Notes under the pieces: generated by a model
Database searches by the model: none
What the model was told of the DNA's origin: nothing
Seen by the model: only the letters and a program-made list of their open reading frames with translations
Translations under genes and position numbers: made by a program
NCBI GenBank assembly: GCA_001791745.1
Contig: MGFG01000020.1
Location: 10,712-74,711, forward strand
Reading direction: 5' to 3'
DNA: 64,000 nt
Origin: Candidatus Uhrbacteria bacterium RIFOXYC2_FULL_47_19
Lineage (GTDB): Bacteria; Patescibacteriota; Patescibacteriia; SG8-24
Shown: one piece after another, positions 30,338 to 38,548 of the stretch
Layout of the letters: the number at the start of each line of letters is the position of its first letter
Numbering within the stretch: the stretch's first letter is position 1

Positions 30338-31060
30338 TTAGAAATATGGTCGTTCTTGAGAGTCTTTGACTAAGTCAAAGGCCTCCTCAGCAGTGTCGAC
30401 AATTTTTACAATATCTAAGTCTTTTTCTTTTATATATTCGTTAGATAGTAAGTCTTGTCGAATCCAGCTGAACAAGCCTTCCCAATACTTGCGATCGATT
30501 AGGACGATCGGTATTGGCGCCATCTTACCAGTTTGGATTAGAGTGATCAGTTCAAACATTTCGTCGAGTGTGCCGAAGCCACCAGGAAAGAAAAGATAGG
30601 CCTGGGACGAGGCCGACATCATTACTTTGCGAGTGAAGAAATAATAGAAACCCTTGCCATGTTTAACGTACTTATTAGTGCGTTGTTCCATCGGTAGTTG
30701 GATGTTTAGTCCAACTGACTCGGCACCAGCTTCGAATGCACCGCGGTTAGCCGCTTCCATAATACCTGGACCTCCGCCGGTGATAATGGTGAAGCCAGCC
30801 TCACCCAGTAGTCGTGCCAGCTTACGTGCTGATTCGTAGTCTGGATGCCCTTCAGTTACACGAGCTGAACCAAAAAAGGTAACTTCTCGTTTGAGATCAG
30901 CTAAGAATTCGAAACCCTCAGTGAACTCGGCCATGATGCGAAAAATTTTCCAACTAGCACCCTCACGAAAATCTGGTACTTGAGGTAGAGGTACCTCGTC
31001 TGTTCCTGGGATTTTTCTTTCTTTGTGTTCAGTGCCTTTGGGTTGTGTTTCGTCGATCAT
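30338..31060 (-). CDS. LOG family (TIGR00730) nucleotide monophosphate nucleosidase
   Basis: VTFFGSAR, ITGGGPGIMEAANRGA and FPGGFGTLDE. Confidence 0.92.
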   Translation of the reverse strand: MIDETQPKGTEHKERKIPGTDEVPLPQVPDFREGASWKIFRIMAEFTEGFEFLADLKREVTFFGSARVTEGHPDYESARKLARLLGEAGFTIITGGGPGIMEAANRGAFEAGAESVGLNIQLPMEQRTNKYVKHGKGFYYFFTRKVMMSASSQAYLFFPGGFGTLDEMFELITLIQTGKMAPIPIVLIDRKYWEGLFSWIRQDLLSNEYIKEKDLDIVKIVDTAEEAFDLVKDSQERPYF

Positions 31061-31144
31061 GCTTTTGGTGATTATTTTTTGGTTCTAGTTTCTAGTCGGA
31101 ATTATACCCGGCTTTTTGTTCTAACCTAACTTATTTTACTATGG

Positions 31145-32017
31145 TTATTCGAACCGTTCCTGCCAGCGTTCTTCGACATCGACATCCAAATCAATGAAGA
31201 CTTGGCGACCGGTAATAGTTTCCATTTCATGACGAACTGATTGTCCAATAGCCTTGATAGTACGTCCACCTTGACCGATCAACATGCCGCGGTAGCGGTC
31301 GGCGTTGGTTAGGATACGAGCTCGGACATATAGTATGCCGTTCTCTCGTTCAGAAACTTCATCAACCTCTGCTGTAGTCGAATAAGGAACTTCTTCATGC
31401 ATCCGCATAAAGACTTTCTCTCGGATCAGTTCAGCGATGCGAAAATTGCGATCAAGATTGGTTAGTATGTCCGTCGGATAAGATGGTTCTCCCTCGGGTA
31501 GTAGATCAAGCAGTCGATCGGTAAGTGCTTTTAGATTGTGTCCTTTTGTAGCGGAGAGTTCGATGACTGAGTCAAATTCATTACTCCAGATACGATACTC
31601 GTCGGCATACGGACCCCTTAGATCCGACTTGTTGATGACCATGATCTTTGGGCAGTCGGCGGCCGTGACTAGGCCATGCACGATCTTTTCTTCGTCGCCA
31701 ATATGCCGAGTGGGGTCGACTACATAAATTACTACATCGATGCCACGCAGTGACTGTCTGACTTTTTCATTCAGGCGGGCGGTTAAGTTGTCCGGTACGT
31801 GGGTGAAGATACCTGGAGTGTCGACGATTACCGCTTGTCCGCGTGGGTCATTAAGGATGCCCTGGATAGCATGGCGGGTGGTTTGCGGCTTGGGTGTAGT
31901 GATGGCTACCTTGGTGCCGATGAGTGCGTTCAAAAGCGTGGATTTGCCCACGTTGGAACGGCCGACCAGTACAGCGAAGCCCGATTTTTGCCCTGGTTTT
32001 GGGGTTTCTTTGTTCAT
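31145..32017 (-). CDS. era: GTPase Era
   Basis: GRSNVGKSTL, KPQTTR, DTPG, NKSD and KH domain with EEVPY. Confidence 0.96.
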   Translation of the reverse strand: MNKETPKPGQKSGFAVLVGRSNVGKSTLLNALIGTKVAITTPKPQTTRHAIQGILNDPRGQAVIVDTPGIFTHVPDNLTARLNEKVRQSLRGIDVVIYVVDPTRHIGDEEKIVHGLVTAADCPKIMVINKSDLRGPYADEYRIWSNEFDSVIELSATKGHNLKALTDRLLDLLPEGEPSYPTDILTNLDRNFRIAELIREKVFMRMHEEVPYSTTAEVDEVSERENGILYVRARILTNADRYRGMLIGQGGRTIKAIGQSVRHEMETITGRQVFIDLDVDVEERWQERFE

Positions 32018-32136
32018 ATGTCTGTAGTGTGCTCGTAGCGTACAGCAGACGTCCGGCTTTTTCCAGCCCCTGGGATCGGAAACATTGACGAACTCGCTGG
32101 TAAGCGGGTAGGCTCAGAGTCGGTACTTTATTCGGC

Positions 32137-32472
32137 TTGACGATTATAGTCGAAGAAAGAGAGATCGCCTTGGTTACGAGACGACGTGAACGGGATCTCT
32201 TAAGGCGGGAGATAAGTGAACAGTTGGATGAATATTGGGAGGAACAGTGGCAAGTTGAGTGTTCAAGAAGTGAAGGCTTGGACTGCCTGGGTTCAACCTC
32301 GATAAGGGTAACGTCAAATAGTGCTCAAAGATCGCAGGTTGTTCATTGTTCAGGCTGGCAGATTCCTTGGGACTTGGTCACTATTCAGTGTCTGCCTATC
32401 CCATCGCGCTGTTGGGCGCAGGTTCTCGGCGGACAGGTGCCACTCATTTTATTCTTTGCGAATCAAAACTAA
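32137..32472 (+). CDS. hypothetical protein (start uncertain)
   Basis: ORF between a TTGACG promoter-like site near 32085 and a GAGCCCT/AGGGCTC-T6 terminator; no motif. Confidence 0.35.
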   Translation: MTIIVEEREIALVTRRRERDLLRREISEQLDEYWEEQWQVECSRSEGLDCLGSTSIRVTSNSAQRSQVVHCSGWQIPWDLVTIQCLPIPSRCWAQVLGGQVPLILFFANQN

Positions 32473-32509
32473 GGTTCATCGTTCCGAGCCCTCTAGGGCT
32501 CTTTTTTAT

Positions 32510-32724
32510 CGCCCCGCAAAACCCCGGGCGTAAGCCCGGGAGTTCCGTGCCCGCCTTTGGCCTCCTGCCCTCCGTGAAGTAAGGTGACGGGGTATGGAGT
32601 ATCGACCGTCGGCTGTGATGAGACGACGATCCGCCGGTACATCGAAGCGCAAGGGCAGGAGGACAAAGGACAAACGAAGTTTGTGTGGTAAAGAAACCCC
32701 GGGCGTAAGCCCGGGGAGTGTCAT
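32510..32724 (+). mobile_element. internally deleted IS200/IS605-family element (MITE-like)
   Basis: Two direct copies of subterminal hairpin AAACCCCGGGCGTAAGCCCGGG; between them ATG GAG TAT CGA joined to STVGCDETTIRRYIEAQGQEDKGQTKFVW*, a TnpA-like C-terminus. Confidence 0.8.
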
Positions 32725-32808
32725 TGCCTTGTTAGAAACCTGAACGGATTATTCGGCACTTGACGTTATTTGGTGGCCTGGTTTAAGCTTCAGTTTGAAG
32801 GAGGAGAC

Positions 32809-33219
32809 ATGGAAAACAGGAATGAGCCAACCTTGGGGCAGCAGTGGTTCGCTGCTATTAAAGAACGAGGAGATCGGACCAAAAAATCAGACGGCGTTGA
32901 TTCTTCTAGAGTAGTTGTTACTCAACACATCAGCGTCTTAAGGGATAATATTAGAGAGGCTATGGATTCTAGAAATCCTCAGACTGTCAGAGTACCTGGG
33001 TTTGAGGATGTCTATAGTTACGACGAAATGTCTCGGATACAGTCTGTCCACTCTGAAAAAATTCCACTAAACCCAGATGATTTTGAAGGAGTTCAACGCG
33101 AGATGATCCTCTGGTGCCAGAAGGAGGGACTGGTTTGTTACTATCTTTACATCAGCTCAGATGCCATGGGCGTCGTTCCTCCTTGTGTGGGGGTCCGCTG
33201 TTTTCCAGCTGAATCTTAG
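32809..33219 (+). CDS. hypothetical protein
   Basis: AAGGAGGAG RBS before ATG; downstream CCCCTCGATCTCGAGGGG-T5 terminator. Confidence 0.65.
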   Translation: MENRNEPTLGQQWFAAIKERGDRTKKSDGVDSSRVVVTQHISVLRDNIREAMDSRNPQTVRVPGFEDVYSYDEMSRIQSVHSEKIPLNPDDFEGVQREMILWCQKEGLVCYYLYISSDAMGVVPPCVGVRCFPAES

Positions 33220-33312
33220 TCACAAGTTGTGTAGTTCATCGAAAATGACTTTGGAGCTTTCCCCTCGATCTCGAGGGGTTTTTAATAATTTGTTTATTGT
33301 TTAGTGTTTTAT

Positions 33313-34629
33313 TTATTTCAGTTCCAATTTGGCGACCAGCTCGACGTGCGGTGAGTTGGGGAACAGATCTAGAGCACGTAGATCGGCTAGATGGTATTGA
33401 GTTTCGAGTAGTGACCATTCGCGAACAAAACTATCGTAGTTACAGGAGACATAAATAATAGTAGATGGTCGTTGTTTCAGTAAGTTTTCGATCACCTTAG
33501 GATGTAGGCCTGAACGTGGCGGATCAACGATTACTAAGTCTGGTCGTTCGTTGTTCCAAACCAATGACTCAGCTTTAGCATCGGTGAAGGTTAGGTTGCT
33601 TAGTCCGTTGAGTTCGGCATTGCGGCGGGCAGTGGTGATAGCTTCGGCATCTAGCTCGACACCATGCACCTGTTGTACCAGATCGGCTACACCTACTGCG
33701 AAGAATCCTACGCCACAGTATAAGTCTAAAAGTGTTTTAGCACCGGAGTTTACAACATGTTCGCGGACTGTTTCGAGTAGTTTTTCGGCCATGATCGTGT
33801 CGGTCTGAAAGAAGGAGTTGGGTGGAATCAGGTAGTCGTGTCCACCGACGCGTTCGAGGAGTAATTCCTCACCCGAGAGTAATTCCAGCCGCTCGGCGAG
33901 CGATAGATCGGTTATGGTCGGATTGATGCCGTGATAGATGGAGGTGGCCAGTGGACTGAGTCGGGCGATCAAGTCGTCACGTCCAGGTAGGGGAGCGTCG
34001 GCTGTTACAACAGTAATCATACGTCGATTGGTGTTCTTGCCCTCGCGCACCACCAAGTAGCGAACATATCCAGTGTGTCGAAAGACACACCAAGGTGTGA
34101 CGCTGTTAGTTTGTATCCAGTCTCTGAACTCGCGTAGTATGTCAGCCGCGACAGGCGAGAGTAATGGACAGACATTCAAGTCGACATAAGAATTCCAACG
34201 ACCCGGTTCCTTTAGTCCCACCTGTCCCTCCGGACCGACACAAAAGTCCATACGATTGCGGTAGCCTAGAGTCTGCGGCGACGGTAGAACAGTTTCGATA
34301 CGTTTTGGGAGTCCGCCCCGCTCCAAAGCCTCATTCACTAGTTGGCGTTTCAGCTCAAGTTGGAATTTATAGTTGATGTGCTGCCAGGCGCAACCACCGC
34401 AAATGCCGGCATGCGGACAGGTCGGAGTGATTCGTTTTGGTGAGGCCTTGAGGATTTTTTCTAAATGAAACTTTTTGACACCCTTACATCGACCGACAAA
34501 CGAAGCTTCGACCAGTTCGCCGGGTACAGTAAAAGGTACGCCGGCCGGCCGGTCATTCATCAGTCCGTAGCCACGCCCCTTGCGGTCACAGGAGGTTATT
34601 TCTATTTCATGCAGTTCGCCGTATTTCAT
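33313..34629 (-). CDS. rlmD: 23S rRNA (uracil-5)-methyltransferase RlmD/RumA family
   Basis: TRAM domain; CPHAGICGGC Fe-S motif; SFFQT, LDLYCGVG, VDPPRSGL, YVSCN and DLFPNSPHVE. Confidence 0.92.
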   Translation of the reverse strand: MKYGELHEIEITSCDRKGRGYGLMNDRPAGVPFTVPGELVEASFVGRCKGVKKFHLEKILKASPKRITPTCPHAGICGGCAWQHINYKFQLELKRQLVNEALERGGLPKRIETVLPSPQTLGYRNRMDFCVGPEGQVGLKEPGRWNSYVDLNVCPLLSPVAADILREFRDWIQTNSVTPWCVFRHTGYVRYLVVREGKNTNRRMITVVTADAPLPGRDDLIARLSPLATSIYHGINPTITDLSLAERLELLSGEELLLERVGGHDYLIPPNSFFQTDTIMAEKLLETVREHVVNSGAKTLLDLYCGVGFFAVGVADLVQQVHGVELDAEAITTARRNAELNGLSNLTFTDAKAESLVWNNERPDLVIVDPPRSGLHPKVIENLLKQRPSTIIYVSCNYDSFVREWSLLETQYHLADLRALDLFPNSPHVELVAKLELK

Positions 34630-34696
34630 GGAGGTAGGGTACTTTTTTTGTTAGATTGGGGTCAAATTTTGATTTTTAGTGTTTATGTTTCTGCCT

Positions 34697-35376
34697 CTGG
34701 GTCCCGGGTCTCGGCCCGGGATGACAGTGTTTTTTGTCATCTCAATTCTTCTTATGAATCTGTCATCCCTACTTTTTATTTTGTCATCTTAAAACCACAA
34801 GCCTTTTTATTTTGTCATCTCGAAACCTCAAGCCTTTTTTAATATGTCATCCCGGAAGGCCGAGCGAAGCGAAGTCTATCCGGGATCCAGAGTCTAATCA
34901 TAATCCGATCTTTCTGCCTCTGGGTCCCGGATACTACTCGCTACGTTCGCTCACAGTTCCGGGACGACGGTGCTTTAATATGTCATCCCGGGCCGAGACC
35001 CGGGATCCACGATTCGATCTCCACGGCGCATACCTCCCGCGGCAACCTCGGAGGCGTCCGGGCTGGGTCCCGTGCCGTGAGGCGAGGGCCGGACGCCGAG
35101 AGTTAGGACGGACCGCCGCCGGAGCGGGCCGACCCGTGCCGCGACGGTATGCGCCGGAGGCCCGTCCGGCCCGAGGACATAAAGTCCCCGCATAGTGGGA
35201 GGTAGGGCGGCCGCTCTCTTCCCTCCGTTTCTCTAGCGGGACAGAGAAACCGGGCCGGGGGCCCTGGGGAAGTGGAACTTCCCCAATTGAAGAGAATTAA
35301 TTAGGGTTCCCTAGAGGGATGAAATCTCCTTAGGAAAGGGGAATATTCTGGGTCCCAGGTCAAGCCCGGGACGACA
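34697..35376. repeat. REP/BIME-like cluster of GTCATCCCG...CGGGATCCA palindromes in alternating orientation
   Basis: Units at 34697-34726, 34845-34890, 34920-34968, 34981-35009 and 35348-35376; stub TGTCATC motifs at 34735, 34761, 34782 and 34813. Confidence 0.8.
35031..35340. other. GC-rich multi-stem structured element (candidate ncRNA or MITE)
   Basis: Nested pairings TACCTCCC/GGGAGGTA, CCTCGG/CCGAGG, GGCGTCCGG/CCGGACGCC and GGACGG/CCGTCC, then three more hairpins. Confidence 0.55.
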
Positions 35377-35390
35377 AAGGATAAAGATTT

Positions 35391-36530
35391 ATGCTATTTT
35401 CTGTACATCAACTTATGACTTTTATCTTGACTCTAATTGGCGCGGCCGTGTTGTCGGTAGTCGTTACCAGCCTGGTACGGATCATGGCTCGGCGTTTCGG
35501 TGTACTCGACAGACCGGCCGGTCGAAAACAGCATCGCACCCCGACACCGCTTTTAGGTGGTTTTGCCATTTACTTGTCTTTAGTTGGAGCGGTTGTGGTT
35601 ATGTCGTCACTTGGTCTTTTTAATGGTTCACATATCAAAGCTAAATATTTGGTGGGTATTATTGCTGCTGCATCATTTTTAGCTTTCGGTGGAGCTTTGG
35701 ATGATCGGTTTAATCTTAAACCATTACGTCAGTTGATTTGGCCTCTATTAGCTGTGGTCGCGATCATTGCGAGTGGTGTTGGTGTGGCCTATGTCACTAA
35801 TCCATTTGGTGGATTGATCGAACTCAATCGAATTACTACTACGGTTTTGTGGTTCGATGGTATTCCCTATCGTTTGACCTTACTTGCTGATTTGTTTGCC
35901 ATGGTTTGGCTTTTAACTTTAACGTACACTACAAAATTCCTAGATGGACTCGATGGTCTAGTATCTGGTGTGACCGTAATTGGTTGCTTGGTAGTCGCTG
36001 CAGTTAGTTTGACACGCGATGTAGCTCAGGCCGATACCGCTCTGTTGGCCCTGGCGATCGGCGGGGTGTTTGCTGGATTTTTAGTTTTTAACTTTCATCC
36101 AGCACGTATGTTTCTAGGTGAAGGTGGTTCAACTTTGGCCGGCTTTTTACTTGGTACATTGGCTATCATCTCAGGCGGAAAGATTGCTACGACTTTGTTA
36201 GTGCTCGGCCTGCCACTTTTTGATGCGGTAGTCGTAGTGGTGCGACGGGTACTGCGGGGCAAGTCACCATTTGGTGGTGACCGTTCTCATTTACATTTCC
36301 TATTGGTTGATGGTGGTGTACCACATGGTCAAGCCGTATTATTATATTGGGTTTTGGCAGCAGCGTTTGGAATTTCGACACTGTTGTTGCGTGGACCACA
36401 GAAGATCGCTGCTCTCGGATTGATTGGTAGTTTGGCCCTGGCTGGTGTGGCGTTATTAATGTCGATTCGACAACGCAATAAGATTATAAAAAGTAGTCTG
36501 ACGACAAATGACAACAGAACATCCGAATGA
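35391..36530 (+). CDS. MraY/WecA/TagO family undecaprenyl-phosphate GlcNAc-1-phosphate transferase
   Basis: PTPLLGG, GALDD, FLDGLDGL, FNFHPARMFLGEGGS and DRSHLH. Confidence 0.92.
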   Translation: MLFSVHQLMTFILTLIGAAVLSVVVTSLVRIMARRFGVLDRPAGRKQHRTPTPLLGGFAIYLSLVGAVVVMSSLGLFNGSHIKAKYLVGIIAAASFLAFGGALDDRFNLKPLRQLIWPLLAVVAIIASGVGVAYVTNPFGGLIELNRITTTVLWFDGIPYRLTLLADLFAMVWLLTLTYTTKFLDGLDGLVSGVTVIGCLVVAAVSLTRDVAQADTALLALAIGGVFAGFLVFNFHPARMFLGEGGSTLAGFLLGTLAIISGGKIATTLLVLGLPLFDAVVVVVRRVLRGKSPFGGDRSHLHFLLVDGGVPHGQAVLLYWVLAAAFGISTLLLRGPQKIAALGLIGSLALAGVALLMSIRQRNKIIKSSLTTNDNRTSE

Positions 36531-37041
36531 TAATCATCGACCCGTTCTCTTGTCGATTGGTTTAGTTGATTGGCGTAGTACGCTAGCTATGGCTGCGTTG
36601 ATTATTTTGGTTGTAGTAACACTACTGCTTCGTTGGCAACAGCACGGATTTGGTCGAGCTAAAGTAACACTGAACGGTACTGTAATATTGTCGGTCGAGG
36701 TGGCAGCTAGCGATTCAACTCGTCGACGGGGTTTGTCTGGTCGGACTAGTCTTCCAGAAGACATGGGAGTATTATTTTTGTTTTCCGAACCAAAGAAACA
36801 TATTTTTTGGATGAAGGATATGAAATTTCCGATTGAGGCGATTTGGATTCGAGATGGTCAAATCGTCGATTTGAGCTACGGGTTGTTACCTCCGTCTGAG
36901 GGTGAGTCACCTCAAGTTTTTACGTCAACCGAGTCTGCTGGAGCAGTGCTAGAGGTTTCAGCAGGTTTTATTGAAAAGCATGATATTAGGCTGGGTCAGC
37001 CGGTCACAGCCGACGTTGACAGGTTAGGCGGTTTGCGCTAA
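36508..37041 (+). CDS. DUF192 domain protein with N-terminal TM
   Basis: VEVA...RRRGLSGR..LPEDMGVLF, FWMKDMKFP and VLEVSAG. Confidence 0.9.
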   Translation: MTTEHPNDNHRPVLLSIGLVDWRSTLAMAALIILVVVTLLLRWQQHGFGRAKVTLNGTVILSVEVAASDSTRRRGLSGRTSLPEDMGVLFLFSEPKKHIFWMKDMKFPIEAIWIRDGQIVDLSYGLLPPSEGESPQVFTSTESAGAVLEVSAGFIEKHDIRLGQPVTADVDRLGGLR

Positions 37042-37085
37042 AGTATTCCTGCTTAGCCCCAAAAAGCATTCCAAGCAAATATAAT

Positions 37086-37406
37086 ATGGCCCAAATTGCA
37101 GTCATTGAGACCGGTAGTAAGCAGTATATTGTTAAGCCGGGAGACGTTATCAGAATAGAGAAGTTGGAGGCCAAGGAAGGTGAGAAGTTGAACTTCGAAC
37201 CACTCTTGGTCGCAGACGAGGACGATAAAGAAGCCAAGGTCGGTACACCGACTGTGGCTGGTGCCTCGGTCAGCGCGGTGGTCCTCGGTGAGGGTCGCGG
37301 CCGACGAATTGAGGTGGTCAAGTATAAGCCGAAGGTCCGTTACCATAAAGCAGCTGGTCATCGGCAACACTTCACTGAGATTCGTATTGAGGAAGTCAAA
37401 GGTTAA
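37086..37406 (+). CDS. rplU: 50S ribosomal protein L21
   Basis: AVIETGSKQY.VKPGD, VGTPTV.GA and GHRQHFT. Confidence 0.97.
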   Translation: MAQIAVIETGSKQYIVKPGDVIRIEKLEAKEGEKLNFEPLLVADEDDKEAKVGTPTVAGASVSAVVLGEGRGRRIEVVKYKPKVRYHKAAGHRQHFTEIRIEEVKG

Positions 37407-37442
37407 ATCAAAAAGTCCGGCCTAGGCCGGACTTTTTGATTT
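37405..37442. terminator. bidirectional terminator, perfect 38-bp palindrome
   Basis: AAATCAAAAAGTCCGGCCTAGGCCGGACTTTTTGATTT between convergent rplU and recR. Confidence 0.85.
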
Positions 37443-37479
37443 GAGATGGACATCCACAACGAGCGGTATTCTTTTTGTA

Positions 37480-38139
37480 CTAGGTCGATAGCTTTTCCGT
37501 GATAATTGGTGTCTGAATTGGTGTGACAGGAACTCCACTTCGGATCTCGTTGCGACCCTTTAGTGCGTCAGTCAGAGTGATTTCGTCGGCGTAACCAACT
37601 TCGCTACCGATCGGCAAGCCGCGGGCTAGCCTGGTAACTCGGACATTGAACTGACTAACTGTTCTGGTTAGGTACATCATGGTCGACTCACCTTCAATAG
37701 TATGGTCAAAGGCTAGAATAATTTCTCGGACGGTTGAACCTTGGAGTCGAGCAATCAATTGCCGTACATTTAGTTCACGGGGTGTTAGTCCTTCAGCTGG
37801 TGATAGCCGACCACCGAGCACATGGTATAACCCACTGAATTCCCTAGTACGTTCTACGGCTAATAAATCTTGTTCAGTGGCGACTACACAGATTACACCG
37901 CGGTCGCGTCGAGCGTCGGAGCAAATGTTGCAAGGATCACTCTCGGTGTAGTTGCCACAGGTAGAACAAGCAGTCAAAGATCCGCCGGCTTCCATAATAG
38001 CTTCAGCCAATCGTTCGCGGTCGTCAGGTCGTCTTTTGAGCAAAGCAAAAGCATAACGCTCGGCTGTTTTTGGTCCAACGCCAGGCAACTGACCTAATTC
38101 ATCAATCAGACGTCCGATCGGTTCTGGAAAATTATTCAT
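37480..38139 (-). CDS. recR: recombination mediator RecR
   Basis: LPGVGPKTAER, C4 zinc finger, GLYHVLGG, Toprim domain and RLARGLP.G. Confidence 0.96.
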   Translation of the reverse strand: MNNFPEPIGRLIDELGQLPGVGPKTAERYAFALLKRRPDDRERLAEAIMEAGGSLTACSTCGNYTESDPCNICSDARRDRGVICVVATEQDLLAVERTREFSGLYHVLGGRLSPAEGLTPRELNVRQLIARLQGSTVREIILAFDHTIEGESTMMYLTRTVSQFNVRVTRLARGLPIGSEVGYADEITLTDALKGRNEIRSGVPVTPIQTPIITEKLST

Positions 38140-38147
38140 CTTTTATT

Positions 38148-38441
38148 CTATTGCAGTCCAGGGATATTTAAATCGCCACTCTGTTTCATGACTTCGATCA
38201 TTTTGCGCTGAACTTTCTTGACTGAGTCGTTAAATGCTTCACGAAGTGCGTCTTCTAATTTGTTACGATCAGACATCATGTCTGGATCAATATTGATTTT
38301 TTTGACTGATTGATTGCCATCAATTTCAATACGGACCTTACCCCAAGCTGCTGAACCTTCGACTGTAACTTCTCCCAGTTTAGATTGTAGTTGCTTTGCT
38401 TTGTCACGGAGATCTTTGACCTGTTTGAGCTTATTGAACAT
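38148..38441 (-). CDS. ybaB: YbaB/EbfC nucleoid-associated protein
   Basis: AKQLQSKL..VTVEGSA..GKV.IEIDG; typical position upstream of recR. Confidence 0.9.
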   Translation of the reverse strand: MFNKLKQVKDLRDKAKQLQSKLGEVTVEGSAAWGKVRIEIDGNQSVKKINIDPDMMSDRNKLEDALREAFNDSVKKVQRKMIEVMKQSGDLNIPGLQ

Positions 38442-38548
38442 ACGATTGTCTAATTCTTAGATGTTTTGTGCCTTCATGGTTCCGTACTTGAGCTCGACAG
38501 TCAATACTTCTAGTTGAATGTTAGCAGTATTTATTTAAGTAGTTTCCA

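Noticed and set aside
34735-34851. CRISPR-like spacing of TGTCATC motifs
   Set aside because: The repeat core is too short, spacing is irregular (21-32 nt), spacers resemble each other and no cas genes are present.
35031-35340. RNase P RNA, tmRNA or SRP RNA
   Set aside because: GAGGACATAAAGTCC only loosely resembles GAGGAAAGTCC, and the other universal motifs and tRNA-like ends were not found on either strand.
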